From NCBI GenBank assembly GCA_963702435.1, contig CAVPCR010000004.1, positions 640,001 to 704,000 on the forward strand: a stretch of DNA of 64,000 nt, in the 5' to 3' direction. The position numbers and the translations under genes are program-made. The notes below the pieces were generated by a model. The model saw nothing but the letters and a program-made list of their open reading frames with translations, was not told where the DNA came from and did no database searches. Shown in pieces: positions 1 to 9,820 of the stretch; the first letter of the stretch is position 1; every line of letters starts with the position of its first letter. Source of the DNA: Candidatus Eiseniibacteriota bacterium. GTDB lineage: Bacteria > Eisenbacteria > RBG-16-71-46 > CAVPCR01.

Positions 1-29
1 GCGTCTCGGAAGGCGGAAGTACTACCGCC

Positions 30-1937
30 TTGGCGGCTAGCGGCGGCTCCCGGCGCCGGGCCGACCGGCGCCCGCGCGGCCGGCCGGCCGGTAGCCGGGG
101 GCCGTTCACCGCTGCGCTCGCCGCCGCCGGGGCGGCGGTCCCGCCCTGGGCCTGGGCGCTCGGCGGTGCGCTGCTCGCTCTCGGCGCTCTCTTCTTCGCC
201 TGCCGCGGCGCGCCGCTCGGCGCCGCCGTCGCCGACGACTACGCCTACCTCGGAAATCTGCGCCTCGACGGGAAAATCGATCCTTTCGACTCGATGGGGT
301 CGCCCTTCTACTGGCGCCCCCTCTCCCGGCAGCTCTACTTCTCGCTCGTCGGGCCATGGCTCCGCGCGGCGCCGTGGGGCGCGGCGCTCCTCCACGCGGC
401 CCTCTTCATCCTCCTCTACGCGGTTCTCTACCGGAGCGCCCGCCGCGCGCTCGGCCCGCCGGCGGCGGCCGCGCTCGCGAGCTTCCCGCTCCTCGCCGAG
501 CCGGCACGAGTGCTCCTCGCCTGGCCGAGCGGGGCGCACTACCTGCTCCTCGTTCTCGCCGCGGCGATCGCGCTGGCGGCTGCGTTCGCCGACCGGCGCC
601 GCGTGGCCGCGGCGGCCGCGCTCGCCGCGCTCCTCGCGCACGAGTCCGGCGTGCTCGTGGTGCTCGCCCTGCCGGTGATCGCCCACTTCCGCAACCGCAG
701 CCGCGCGGTGGTGCGGGCATGGGGGATCGCATCGCTCGCGGTCCTCGTCCTGTGGGGCGCCGGACTTCTCGTTGCCCGCGCCCGAGGTGTCGCGTGGCCG
801 GCGGAGGAGAGCGCGGGCGGCGCCCTCGGCGCCGTTCCCGAGGTTCTCGGCGCGAGCCTCGCGGCGCAGCTCAATCTCGAGGATCTCGGTCCGGGACGGC
901 GCCCGTTCCTGCTCATCGGCTACGCCGCGGTCGCGTTTGCCGCCCTGGTCGCCGCCACCGAGCGCGCGGCCCGCGCCCGCCTCGCGCGGCACACGCCGCT
1001 CATTCTCGGCGGCCTCGCCTGGTTCGTCGCCGGCTCGCTGCCGCTCGCCGTCGTGCCGCCGTGGAACGCGTGGCGCACGGCCCTCCCGGCGCTCGGCCTC
1101 GGTGTAGCCGGCACCGCCGCCGCCGGGGCGCTGCATCCGGCGCTCGCGGTCGGCTTCGCCGCCGTGCGCGGCGCGGGACTCCTCCTCGCCGCGCCGGCAC
1201 CGGCGCTCGTCGCGACCGAGCCCCCGGACGCCGCCTCGCAGATCTCGTTCACGCGCCTCGTGCGGCTGCAGCACGCGGTCGCCGCCGCCGAGGAGGCCCT
1301 CCTTGCGCGCTACCCGACTCTGCCGCGCGGCGCCGACGTCCGCTACTGGTCGCTGCCGCGGATGACCGAGCTCGGTTTCCTCGGCGAGACGGCGCCGCGC
1401 GTCTGGTACGCCGACGCGAGCCTCAGGTGGCAGGGATTCGGCGGAGATCGCGGGTTCGAGCGGCGCGCGCCGGACGCTCTCGTCCAGTTCAGCCCCGAGC
1501 ATCCCGCCGCGGAGTTCGCGGTCGTCATCGAGCCGGAGGCGCTCCGCTACTACGCGGGAGCGCGCCGGGCCTTCCTCGAGGAGCAGAACGCGCTCGCGGA
1601 TTCGCTCTTCGCAATCGCTTACCGGGAGCAACCGCGCCCGGCGCCGCTCTTCTACGCCAACGTCGCGCGCGATCAGGCGCGCCTCGCCTACAATCGGGGC
1701 GACTTCGCCGCCGCCGATTCCCTGAACGCGCTCGACCTCGCGCACGCCGGGGAGAGCCCGTACCACGCCGCTCTGTCGGCGCATCTCGCCTATGTGCGTG
1801 GCGACCAGGAGGCGGCGGCTCGCTGGTTGCAGGCATGCCTGTCCCTCGATCCGCAGCACGGCGAGGGGCGGCAGCTCGCGGCGCAGATGGGGCTCGTGCC
1901 GCGCATCGGCGGGCCAGCGGGAGCGAATCCGCCGTAG
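30..1937 (+). CDS. Polytopic membrane protein, GT-C (PMT/TMTC-like) appearance, with C-terminal TPR-like helices
   Basis: 635-aa ORF with many hydrophobic segments, DD motif after the first TM (ADDYAYL), YWRPL motif and TPR-like C-terminus (AARWLQACLSLDPQH). Start codon (TTG at 30) uncertain. Confidence 0.55.
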   Translation: MAASGGSRRRADRRPRGRPAGSRGPFTAALAAAGAAVPPWAWALGGALLALGALFFACRGAPLGAAVADDYAYLGNLRLDGKIDPFDSMGSPFYWRPLSRQLYFSLVGPWLRAAPWGAALLHAALFILLYAVLYRSARRALGPPAAAALASFPLLAEPARVLLAWPSGAHYLLLVLAAAIALAAAFADRRRVAAAAALAALLAHESGVLVVLALPVIAHFRNRSRAVVRAWGIASLAVLVLWGAGLLVARARGVAWPAEESAGGALGAVPEVLGASLAAQLNLEDLGPGRRPFLLIGYAAVAFAALVAATERAARARLARHTPLILGGLAWFVAGSLPLAVVPPWNAWRTALPALGLGVAGTAAAGALHPALAVGFAAVRGAGLLLAAPAPALVATEPPDAASQISFTRLVRLQHAVAAAEEALLARYPTLPRGADVRYWSLPRMTELGFLGETAPRVWYADASLRWQGFGGDRGFERRAPDALVQFSPEHPAAEFAVVIEPEALRYYAGARRAFLEEQNALADSLFAIAYREQPRPAPLFYANVARDQARLAYNRGDFAAADSLNALDLAHAGESPYHAALSAHLAYVRGDQEAAARWLQACLSLDPQHGEGRQLAAQMGLVPRIGGPAGANPP

Positions 1938-1941
1938 GTCG

Positions 1942-4584
1942 CTAGCGCGCGAGGACGAGGCGCTGGCTCACCGTCGCGCCGCTCGCCGTGATGCGGGCGA
2001 CATAGACGCCGGCGGGGAGGCCGTGGTCCGCCGCGTCGAAGCGCAAGCGATGCTCGCCGCGCTCGACCTGCGCGTCGAGGAGCGTGGCCAGGTGACGCCC
2101 GGCCACGTTGTAGATCGCGACCATCACCGGTGCGGGCCCATCCACGGTGAAGCGTAGCGTCGTCGCGACGGTGAACGGGTTCGGGGCGGCGGCGAAGAGG
2201 CGGAGGCTCGCCGCAGGCGCCGAGGCCGCCGGCTCGCCGAGCGCGGTCGTCGGGTCGATGAGCGGTCGCTCGTACACGCCGTGGCCGTGGGTGACTGCAC
2301 GGATCCGGCGCGTGGGCTTGACCGCCGAGAGATCCATCACGATCGCCGTCGGCAGGCCGAGCTGGAACTCCTGCCAGCTCTGCCCGGCGTCGTTCGAGGC
2401 GTAGACCCCGAGATCGTTTCCGAAGTAGAGGTGATCGGGGTAGTCGGGGTCGATGAGGATCGCCGAGGACGGCACGTCGGGAAGCGCCGCGCTCAGATCG
2501 GTCCAGGTGCCGCCTGCATCGGTCGTGCGATAGAGGTGACCCGAGCCGAACCCCGAGAGCACGACGTAGGCGATCGCGTGATCGCTCGGGTCCACCGCGA
2601 TGTCGACCGGGTAGCGATCGGGAAGCGTGCCGGTCACATTCGTCCACGAGCCCCCGCCGTTCGTCGTCAAGAAGATGCGCGCCCGCGTCGCGCCCGGGGC
2701 GGTGCCCACGTAGACCCAGTCGGGCGAGGTCGCGGAGATGCCCATGGACAACGCCAGGTTCCCGTCGAGCTCGTCCCCGTCGTTCGTGACCGCCCAGTCG
2801 TCGCCGCCGTTCGTCGAGCGATAGATCTTCTTGCGTCCCGCATACATGGTGTCGGGCGCGGACGGCGCGAGGAGGTACGGTGCCACGAAGGCCACGGGCT
2901 CGGTCCCCATCCCCTTCACCGCCGGGTTCCAGGTCTGTCCCCCGTCGAGCGATCGCCAGATCCTGAGGTACTGCGTCGAGCCGAACAGGATGTCGGGTTC
3001 GGTGGGATGGAGCGCGGTCCAGGCGCCGTCGCCGCCGATCAGCTTCCGCCGCCATGCCACCGTGCCCTCGTACAGGTTGGTCCAGCTATCTTGCAGTCCG
3101 CCCATGGCGCGGCTCGGATCGAGCGCGGAGCTCGTGAATCCGTTGTAGAACTGGCTCGTCTGGTAGCCGCCGTTCAAGCCGGCGAACGATTGGCCGCGGT
3201 TGGTGCTCACGAAGACGCCGCCGTCGCCGGCGAAGTAGAGCGTGTCGGGCCGCGCGGGGTCGCAGATCACGGCGTGGTGATCGGCGTGCGAGTAGTTGGG
3301 CGGCCCCTCGGGCTCGCCCGGTAGAACGACCCCGTCGTACGAGAGCTCGGAACGGGAGACCTGCGTCAGGTGGCGGCCGCCGTCGGTCGAGCGCCACATG
3401 TTGACGCCCCCACAGAGGACGAGGGTCGAGTCGTTCGGATCGACGTGCACCCAGTGCGAGTACCAGCCCTGATAGCTGGCGTAGTTCGTGTTGCTGAGGC
3501 GCTCCCAGGTATCTCCGTGATCGGTCGAGCTGAAGAGCCCGAGACCGCTCTCGGACATGGCGAGGCTCGCGTAGACCACGTTCGGATGTGCCCTGTAAAT
3601 GGCGAGCCAGCCTTTGCCGGTCCAGGTGTCGGGGAGGCCCGCAGTGAGCTGCGTCCAGTTCGCGCCCGCGTCGGTCGAGCGGTAGAGGCCGGGCTCGGGG
3701 CTCCCGAGGTTGCCGCATGCGACATAGACGCGATCGGGGTCGACGGGGTCGATCACGATGTGCATGGCCATGAGCACCGGATGCACGTTGGCCCAGCTCC
3801 CGCCGCCGTCGGTCGTCTTGTAGACGCCCTCGGTGGTCGCCGCGTAGAGGAGGTTCGCGTCGGTCGGATGCATGGCGAGCCAGGCCACGCCACGTCGCTG
3901 CTGGTACGACCAATCGAGCGAGTGGTTCCAGGTGGCGCCGCCGTCGGTGGTCTTCAAGATGCCGATCCCGTAGCTGCCGCGGGTCAGGCGGAGGGCGAGG
4001 CCGCCGATCGAGTTCTGATAGCCGTAGACCTCGCCGGTGCCGATGTAGAGCGTGTTCGAGTCATCGTGCGCGACGGCGATCGAGCTCACGCCGAGGACGG
4101 GGAAACCGGTGTCGACGACGTCCCAGGCGTCGGCGCCCTGGCCCGCGGTGAACGTGCGCCAGAGGCCGCCGGAGGCGGCGCCGGCCCACAGGGTGCGCGG
4201 GTTCTCGGGGTTCATGGCGACGGCGAGCGTGCGGCCGCCGATGTTGTGAGGACCGATCGGGGTCCACGGCTCGATGCCGGAGCGCGCCTGATCGAGAGGG
4301 CCGCCGGCGAGGCGGCCCTTCGAGAATTCAAAGGCGGCGGCGTGCCCGACATCGGGAATCGCCTTCCCCGGGTACGCGCGCGTCGCCGCCCAGAAATCGA
4401 GGGCCGCGAGCGCCTCGCTCGGCGAGCCGGGCGGCTCGGCCGCGTCCGGCCGGCGGAGTTGCTGCTCCGGCCCGCGTCGCGATCCCTCGGCTCCGAGCCA
4501 GCGGGCGAGCGCTCCGGCGAGGAGGGCGACGAGGACGAGTGCTGCGATCGAACGCCCGGCGCGCGGGGTCGACATCGCGCTCAT
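1942..4584 (-). CDS. Secreted BNR/Asp-box (VPS10/sortilin-like) beta-propeller protein with C-terminal FlgD-Ig/T9SS-type domain, paralog A
   Basis: Signal-like N-terminus, many (S/T)xDxGxxW Asp-boxes, WTPIGPHNIGGR, HADHH, GGDG; C-terminal PNPF...IYNVAGR...GVY...LVLAR. Confidence 0.85.
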   Translation of the reverse strand: MSAMSTPRAGRSIAALVLVALLAGALARWLGAEGSRRGPEQQLRRPDAAEPPGSPSEALAALDFWAATRAYPGKAIPDVGHAAAFEFSKGRLAGGPLDQARSGIEPWTPIGPHNIGGRTLAVAMNPENPRTLWAGAASGGLWRTFTAGQGADAWDVVDTGFPVLGVSSIAVAHDDSNTLYIGTGEVYGYQNSIGGLALRLTRGSYGIGILKTTDGGATWNHSLDWSYQQRRGVAWLAMHPTDANLLYAATTEGVYKTTDGGGSWANVHPVLMAMHIVIDPVDPDRVYVACGNLGSPEPGLYRSTDAGANWTQLTAGLPDTWTGKGWLAIYRAHPNVVYASLAMSESGLGLFSSTDHGDTWERLSNTNYASYQGWYSHWVHVDPNDSTLVLCGGVNMWRSTDGGRHLTQVSRSELSYDGVVLPGEPEGPPNYSHADHHAVICDPARPDTLYFAGDGGVFVSTNRGQSFAGLNGGYQTSQFYNGFTSSALDPSRAMGGLQDSWTNLYEGTVAWRRKLIGGDGAWTALHPTEPDILFGSTQYLRIWRSLDGGQTWNPAVKGMGTEPVAFVAPYLLAPSAPDTMYAGRKKIYRSTNGGDDWAVTNDGDELDGNLALSMGISATSPDWVYVGTAPGATRARIFLTTNGGGSWTNVTGTLPDRYPVDIAVDPSDHAIAYVVLSGFGSGHLYRTTDAGGTWTDLSAALPDVPSSAILIDPDYPDHLYFGNDLGVYASNDAGQSWQEFQLGLPTAIVMDLSAVKPTRRIRAVTHGHGVYERPLIDPTTALGEPAASAPAASLRLFAAAPNPFTVATTLRFTVDGPAPVMVAIYNVAGRHLATLLDAQVERGEHRLRFDAADHGLPAGVYVARITASGATVSQRLVLAR
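3914..4271. repeat. 358-bp tract apparently identical to 6566-6923 (copy 1)
   Basis: Read by eye at offset 2652; shadow ORFs 4052..4249 and 6704..6901 translate identically. Confidence 0.85.
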
Positions 4585-4593
4585 ACCTCCGCG

Positions 4594-7197
4594 TCAGCGA
4601 GTGAGAACGAGGCGCTGGCTCGCGGTCCGGTCGCCCGCGGTGATGCGTGCGATGTAGACGCCGGCCGGCAGCTCGCGACGCGCGGCATCGAGGCGCACGC
4701 GATGCTCGCCCCGCTCGATGCGCCCGTCGAGGAGCACCGCCACCGGCCGCCCGGTGACGTCGTAGATCTTGACCGTGACGGGCATCGCCGCGTCGACGGC
4801 GAAGCGGAGCGTCGTCTCGATCGAGAACGGATTCGGCGCCGCCGCGAAGAGCTGGAGACCGGTGGCCGCCGGCGCCGTCCCCGGCTCGCCGATCCCGGTC
4901 GTCGGGTCGATGAGCGGCCGCTCGTAGACGCCGTTCCCGTGCGTGACAGCGCGGATCCGGCGGGCGAGCCGCACGGCGGAGAGATCCATCACGATCGCCG
5001 CCGACGGCATGCCGAGCTGGAACTCCTGCCAGCTCTGTCCGGTGTCGGTCGAGGCGTAGACCCCGATGTCGTTCCCGAAGTAGAGGACGTGAGGATAGTC
5101 GGGATCGACGAGGATCGCCGAGGACGGCACGTCGGGGAGCGCCGTCGAGAGATCGGCCCAGGTGCTCCCGGCATCGGTCGTGCGATAGAGGTGCCCGGAG
5201 CCGAACCCGGAGAAGACGACGTAGGCGACCTGGTGATCCACCGGGTCGACCGCGATGTCCACCGGGTAGCGATCGGGGAGCGTGCCGGTCACGTTGGTCC
5301 AGCTGGTGCCGCTGTTGGTCGTCCGGAAGATGCCGGCGCGGTTGTAGACCGGCGCCGTCCCCACGTAGACCCAGTCGGGCGATGTCGCCGAGATGCCCAT
5401 CGCCATCGCCATGTTGCCGTCGAGGGCGAGATTGGCGTTGGTCGCCGACCAGTTCGAGCCGCCGTTGGTCGTGCGGTAGATCTTGGTGCGGCCCGCGTAC
5501 AGGATGTTCGGCAGGGCCTGCGAGATGACGAGCGGCGCGGCGAAGGCGGCCTCGTCGGTGCCGATGCCCGAGGTGGCCGAGTTGAAGGTGGTGCCGCCGT
5601 TCGTCGAGCGCCGGATGGCGAGGTACTGCGAGGTGCCGTACATGATGTTCAAGTCGAGCGGATGCATGGCCGTCCAGCAGCCGTCGCCGCCGATCACGCG
5701 GCGCCAGCCGAGGTTCCCCTCGTGAATGGCGGTCGCATTGTCCTGCATGCCGCCGATGGCGAGCGAAGTCGAGAGGAGCGCGCTCGAGAAGCCGTTGTAG
5801 AACTGGGTGGACTGGAGTCCGCCGTTCCGCCCGGCGAAGGTCTGCCCGCGGTCGGTGCTGATGAAGACTCCGCCGTCGGTGCCGAAGTAGAGCGTGTCGG
5901 GCCGCGCGGGGTCGCAGATCACGTCGTGGTGGTCGGCGTGCGCGTAGTTAGCCGGGCCCTCGGGACCGCCGGGCGGGACGTTGCCGAAGAACCAGGCGCT
6001 CCAGTCGGAGACCCGGGAGAGCGTGCGGCCGCCGGTGGTCGAGCGATAGATGTCGACCCCCGCGCAGAGTACGAGGGTCGAGTCGTTCGGATCGACGTGC
6101 ACCCAGTGCGAGTACCAGCCCTGATAGGTGGCGTAGTTGGTCGTGTTGATGAGCTGCCAGGTGTCCCCGAAGTTGAGAGAGCGATAGAGGCCGATGCCGG
6201 TCTCCGCCTGGGCGAGGCTCGCGTAGAGGACGTTCGGATGGGCCTTGTAGATCGCGAGCCAGCCCTTGCCGGTCCAGGTCGCCGGGAGGCCGCTCGTGAG
6301 CCGGGTCCAGCTCGCGCCCGCGTTGGTCGTGCGATAGATCCCGGTGCCCGGGCTTCCCTGGTCGCCGCAGGCGACGTAGACGCGGTCGGGGTCGACCGGA
6401 TCGATCACGATGTGCATGGCCATGAGCACCGGGTGCACGTTGGCCCAGCTCGCGCCGGCGTCGGTCGTCTTGTAGACGCCCTCGGTGGTCGCCGCATAGA
6501 GGAGGTTCGGATCGGTCGGATGCATGGCGAGCCAGGTGACACCGCGGCGCTGGTTGTAGGACCAGTCGAGCGAGTGGTTCCAGGTGGCGCCGCCGTCGGT
6601 GGTCTTCAAGATGCCGATCCCGTAGCTGCCGCGGGTCAGGCGGAGGGCGAGGCCGCCGATCGAGTTCTGATAGCCGTAGACCTCGCCGGTGCCGATGTAG
6701 AGCGTGTTCGAGTCATCGTGCGCGACGGCGATCGAGCTCACGCCGAGGACGGGGAAACCGGTGTCGACGACGTCCCAGGCGTCGGCGCCCTGGCCCGCGG
6801 TGAACGTGCGCCAGAGGCCGCCGGAGGCGGCGCCGGCCCACAGGGTGCGCGGGTTCTCGGGGTTCATGGCGACGGCGAGCGTGCGGCCGCCGATGTTGTG
6901 AGGACCGATCGGGGTCCACGGCTGGATGCCGGAGCGCGCCTGATCGAGAGGGCCGCCGGCGAGGCGGGCCTTCGAGTCATGGAAGGCGGCCGCGTGCCCG
7001 ACGTCGGGAATGACCTTCCCCGGATAGGCGCGGGCATTGGCCCACAGCTCGAGCGAGTGGAGCGCGCCGCTCGCGCGCTTGGTCTTGGCGATCGGGATCG
7101 AGGCGGGGGCGAGGACGACTGCGGTCGCCGCGATGGCGAGGATCGAGGCGAACACGGCGAGAACGGCGCGGCGCGGGGCACCCGGGCGGTCGGACAT
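4594..7197 (-). CDS. Secreted BNR/Asp-box beta-propeller protein with C-terminal FlgD-Ig/T9SS-type domain, paralog B
   Basis: Same architecture as 1942..4584 and collinear with it; GGAGGAG RBS upstream of ATG 7197. Confidence 0.85.
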   Translation of the reverse strand: MSDRPGAPRRAVLAVFASILAIAATAVVLAPASIPIAKTKRASGALHSLELWANARAYPGKVIPDVGHAAAFHDSKARLAGGPLDQARSGIQPWTPIGPHNIGGRTLAVAMNPENPRTLWAGAASGGLWRTFTAGQGADAWDVVDTGFPVLGVSSIAVAHDDSNTLYIGTGEVYGYQNSIGGLALRLTRGSYGIGILKTTDGGATWNHSLDWSYNQRRGVTWLAMHPTDPNLLYAATTEGVYKTTDAGASWANVHPVLMAMHIVIDPVDPDRVYVACGDQGSPGTGIYRTTNAGASWTRLTSGLPATWTGKGWLAIYKAHPNVLYASLAQAETGIGLYRSLNFGDTWQLINTTNYATYQGWYSHWVHVDPNDSTLVLCAGVDIYRSTTGGRTLSRVSDWSAWFFGNVPPGGPEGPANYAHADHHDVICDPARPDTLYFGTDGGVFISTDRGQTFAGRNGGLQSTQFYNGFSSALLSTSLAIGGMQDNATAIHEGNLGWRRVIGGDGCWTAMHPLDLNIMYGTSQYLAIRRSTNGGTTFNSATSGIGTDEAAFAAPLVISQALPNILYAGRTKIYRTTNGGSNWSATNANLALDGNMAMAMGISATSPDWVYVGTAPVYNRAGIFRTTNSGTSWTNVTGTLPDRYPVDIAVDPVDHQVAYVVFSGFGSGHLYRTTDAGSTWADLSTALPDVPSSAILVDPDYPHVLYFGNDIGVYASTDTGQSWQEFQLGMPSAAIVMDLSAVRLARRIRAVTHGNGVYERPLIDPTTGIGEPGTAPAATGLQLFAAAPNPFSIETTLRFAVDAAMPVTVKIYDVTGRPVAVLLDGRIERGEHRVRLDAARRELPAGVYIARITAGDRTASQRLVLTR
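6566..6923. repeat. 358-bp tract apparently identical to 3914-4271 (copy 2)
   Basis: As for copy 1. Confidence 0.85.
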
Positions 7198-7317
7198 GGA
7201 CTTGACTCCTCCAGAGGAAGGGCTCGGACCGGCGTCCCGAGTCCCGATGGACTGCGCGAGCTCTGGCGGGATGCTCTGGCGGGGCGGGGGACTCGCCCCG
7301 GCGGGTAACTATTGTAG

Positions 7318-7326
7318 ATCATAGCA
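7318..7326 (-). promoter_or_regulatory. Candidate extended -10 promoter (TGcTATGAT) for the BNR gene pair
   Basis: TGn+TAnnnT in an AT-rich patch about 120 bp upstream of ATG 7197. Confidence 0.45.
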
Positions 7327-7484
7327 TGGCGCGCGGATCCCCAGTCCGCACCGGGTCATATCACCCCGGATCCGGGGGCGCCGCGAGGCGCGGCGAAGGT
7401 GCCGTCTCCGCAGCGGGCCGCCGGAGATCGCCGGTGCAGCGCGGGAGCCGCGCCGGGCCGCCCTGTGCCACGCCGGGCCGCCTG

Positions 7485-7493
7485 TGCTATAAT
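7485..7493 (+). promoter_or_regulatory. Candidate extended -10 promoter (TGcTATAAT)
   Basis: Perfect TGnTATAAT in a very GC-rich background, about 190 bp upstream of ATG 7685. Confidence 0.6.
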
Positions 7494-7684
7494 CGTGCGG
7501 ACGCGCGAGTCGAAGCCGCGCGGGCGCGAGAGCCCGTCGGCTCCGCGTGCCGCCGGCCACCCACCCACCGCCCTAACGGCGGCGGCCACCCGGCACCATG
7601 GGTTCACACGAGGATGCACGTCTCGGGGCCAGCCCGCCCGCGGATCAAGCGCCGCAGGCTACTCTCAGCGGAGGTTGTCATCTC

Positions 7685-8422
7685 ATGAAGACCGCGATCA
7701 CTCTCACCCTGGGTCTCTTCCTGGCGCTCCCCGCCTTCGGCGCCACTTTCGTTGCGGGGCCCGACGGCGCCCCGCCGGTTGAGTGGCCGCCGCTTGTCAA
7801 CGACACCGACTGCACCTCGAGCCAGGGCGCGAACGTGAATGCCTCGCTCGGTATCCAGGGCGCCTACGGCCCGCTCGGCGCGTGTCTCCCCGGCAATCCC
7901 GGCCAGCCCGGGAACCTGATCGGTTTCGCCTTTCCGCTCGCGAGCTGTCAGGACGGCTTCGTGAAGACGACGCGCGTGCAGTTCAACATCGCGGATGCGG
8001 GAGACCTCTACCAGCTCTACCTGTGGCGCGACCAGGGCGGCCTCCCGATCGACGCCTGCGGTCTCGAGTGCGGCGTCGCAGCGAACCCGATCACGATCCC
8101 CGCCAACGGCCCCATCGTGCGCAGCTACGACTGGGTCGGTTTGCAGTGCCCCTGCCTCACCTTCAACACCGAGCGCCTGCACGTCGGCGTCGTCTATGTG
8201 AACGGCGCGACGCCGGCCGACTGGTTCGTCGGCCGCAACAACACGCCGGTGGGCGCCGGCTTCGGCTACGGCAACCTGACCGGCGACCATGGTGACTGGC
8301 AGGACCTGGACGGCTTCGGTTACGGCAACCACTGGGGCGTCGAGAACGTGATCGGTCCCTCGTGCGGTACGGTGCCGGTCGAGGAGACGACCTGGGGCGT
8401 GGTCAAGAGCCTCTACGACTAG
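7685..8422 (+). CDS. Secreted Cys-containing hypothetical protein with C-terminal PVEETTWGVVKSLYD tail
   Basis: GGAGG RBS, ATG 7685, classical signal peptide MKTAITLTLGLFLALPAFG, coding-like codon bias, downstream terminator. Confidence 0.8.
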   Translation: MKTAITLTLGLFLALPAFGATFVAGPDGAPPVEWPPLVNDTDCTSSQGANVNASLGIQGAYGPLGACLPGNPGQPGNLIGFAFPLASCQDGFVKTTRVQFNIADAGDLYQLYLWRDQGGLPIDACGLECGVAANPITIPANGPIVRSYDWVGLQCPCLTFNTERLHVGVVYVNGATPADWFVGRNNTPVGAGFGYGNLTGDHGDWQDLDGFGYGNHWGVENVIGPSCGTVPVEETTWGVVKSLYD

Positions 8423-8487
8423 ATCCCTTTCCCCCGAGAGACTGGGGTTCCAAGCGTTCGCAAGGATGCTTGAGCCTTCGGGTGGGG

Positions 8488-8519
8488 CCCCCCGGCGCGA
8501 GCCGGGGGGTTTTCCTTTT
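8488..8519 (+). terminator. Intrinsic terminator
   Basis: CCCCCCGGC-GCGA-GCCGGGGGG hairpin followed by TTTTCCTTTT. Confidence 0.8.
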
Positions 8520-8635
8520 CTGCGCCCGGTTCGCGTCCGCCTGGCCGCACCGCGCGCCGCGGCGAGACGGTATGCTCGTGGCGGCCGCGAGGAGGAAGAC
8601 GTGAAGGACAGCGCGGCCGCCGGGGGAGGCCGGAG

Positions 8636-9820
8636 ATGATGGCGGAGAGGATGATGGAGCGCACGATCTACCTCGATCACGCCGCGACGACGCCGCTCGA
8701 TCCGCGGGTGGCCGCGCGCATGCAGCCGTTTCTCGCCGCCGACTACGGCAACGAGGCGAGCGTGCACTTCCTCGGCCGGAGCGCCCACGCGGCGGTCGCG
8801 ACGGCCCGCACCGAGGTGGCCGTGCTCGTCGGTGCTCTGCCCGCGGAGATCGTCTTCACCGGTTCGGGGAGCGAGTCCGACAACCTGGCGCTCAAGGGAG
8901 TCGCTTTCTATCACAAGCTCCGCCGCGTGCACCTGGTGACGACCGCGATCGAGCACGACGCGGTGCGGAAAGCCGCGCTCAGCCTCGAGCGGCTCGGCGT
9001 CGAGATCACGATGGTGCCCGTGGACGGGTGCGGGCGCGTCGATCCGGAGGACATCCGGCGGGCGCTCCGTCCGGAGACGCGCCTCGTCTCGGTCATGCAT
9101 GCCAACAACGAGGTGGGCACGATCCAGCCGGTCGCGGCGATCGGCGCGATCGTGCGCGCGCACGGCGCCGCTTTCCACATCGATGCGGTGCAGACCGCCG
9201 GCCTCCTGCCGCTCGATGTGAACGCGCTCCGGTGCGATCTTCTGACTCTGTCCGCGCACAAACTCTACGGGCCGAAGGGAGTCGGCGCGCTCTACGTGCG
9301 CCGGGACACGCGTCTCGCCCCGCTCATCGACGGCGGCCCGCACGAGGAGGGGCTTCGGGCCGGGACCCTCAACGTGGCCGGGATCGTCGGGATCGGCGCG
9401 GCGGCGACGCTCGTGCGCGCCGAGCGGGAGGCGCGGCGGGAGCACGCGCAGGCGGTGCGCGATGCGCTCGCCGCGGCCCTCGTCGCCGTGCTCCCGGACG
9501 CGCGGCGGAGCGGCCATCCGGCGCCCATCCTGCCCGGGCACCTGCATCTCCTGACCGGCCTCGGTCCGTCGCGTCCGCTCCTTGCGCACCTGAGCGCGCG
9601 CCGCATCGCGGCGGCGAGCGGTTCCGCGTGCACGGCGACCATCGACAAGCCCTCGCCCGTGCTCATGGCGATGGGCGTCGCGGCGGACGCCGCCCTCTCC
9701 GCGCTCCGCCTGACGACCGGGCAGGCGATCGCTCTCGACGATGTGCCGGCGGTGGCCGCCGCGATCGCCGAGTACGCGGCGCGCATCCCGCGCGCGGAGC
9801 GGACGCCGGCCGGGCGTTAA
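8636..9820 (+). CDS. iscS: Cysteine desulfurase (IscS/NifS family, PLP class V)
   Basis: YLDHAATTP, MHANNEVG, SAHKLYGPKGVG (PLP Lys), RAGTLN, SGSAC (catalytic Cys). Start could be 8651 or 8654. Confidence 0.9.
   Translation: MMAERMMERTIYLDHAATTPLDPRVAARMQPFLAADYGNEASVHFLGRSAHAAVATARTEVAVLVGALPAEIVFTGSGSESDNLALKGVAFYHKLRRVHLVTTAIEHDAVRKAALSLERLGVEITMVPVDGCGRVDPEDIRRALRPETRLVSVMHANNEVGTIQPVAAIGAIVRAHGAAFHIDAVQTAGLLPLDVNALRCDLLTLSAHKLYGPKGVGALYVRRDTRLAPLIDGGPHEEGLRAGTLNVAGIVGIGAAATLVRAEREARREHAQAVRDALAAALVAVLPDARRSGHPAPILPGHLHLLTGLGPSRPLLAHLSARRIAAASGSACTATIDKPSPVLMAMGVAADAALSALRLTTGQAIALDDVPAVAAAIAEYAARIPRAERTPAGR

Noticed and set aside
1942..7197. Possible diversity-generating retroelement (TR/VR pair)
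   Set aside because: No reverse transcriptase, the shared tract has no adenine-specific mismatches, and both copies lie in full-length paralogs.
3370..7308. 1312-aa plus-strand ORF
   Set aside because: Antisense shadow of the two BNR genes; it repeats their duplication and has no protein motifs.
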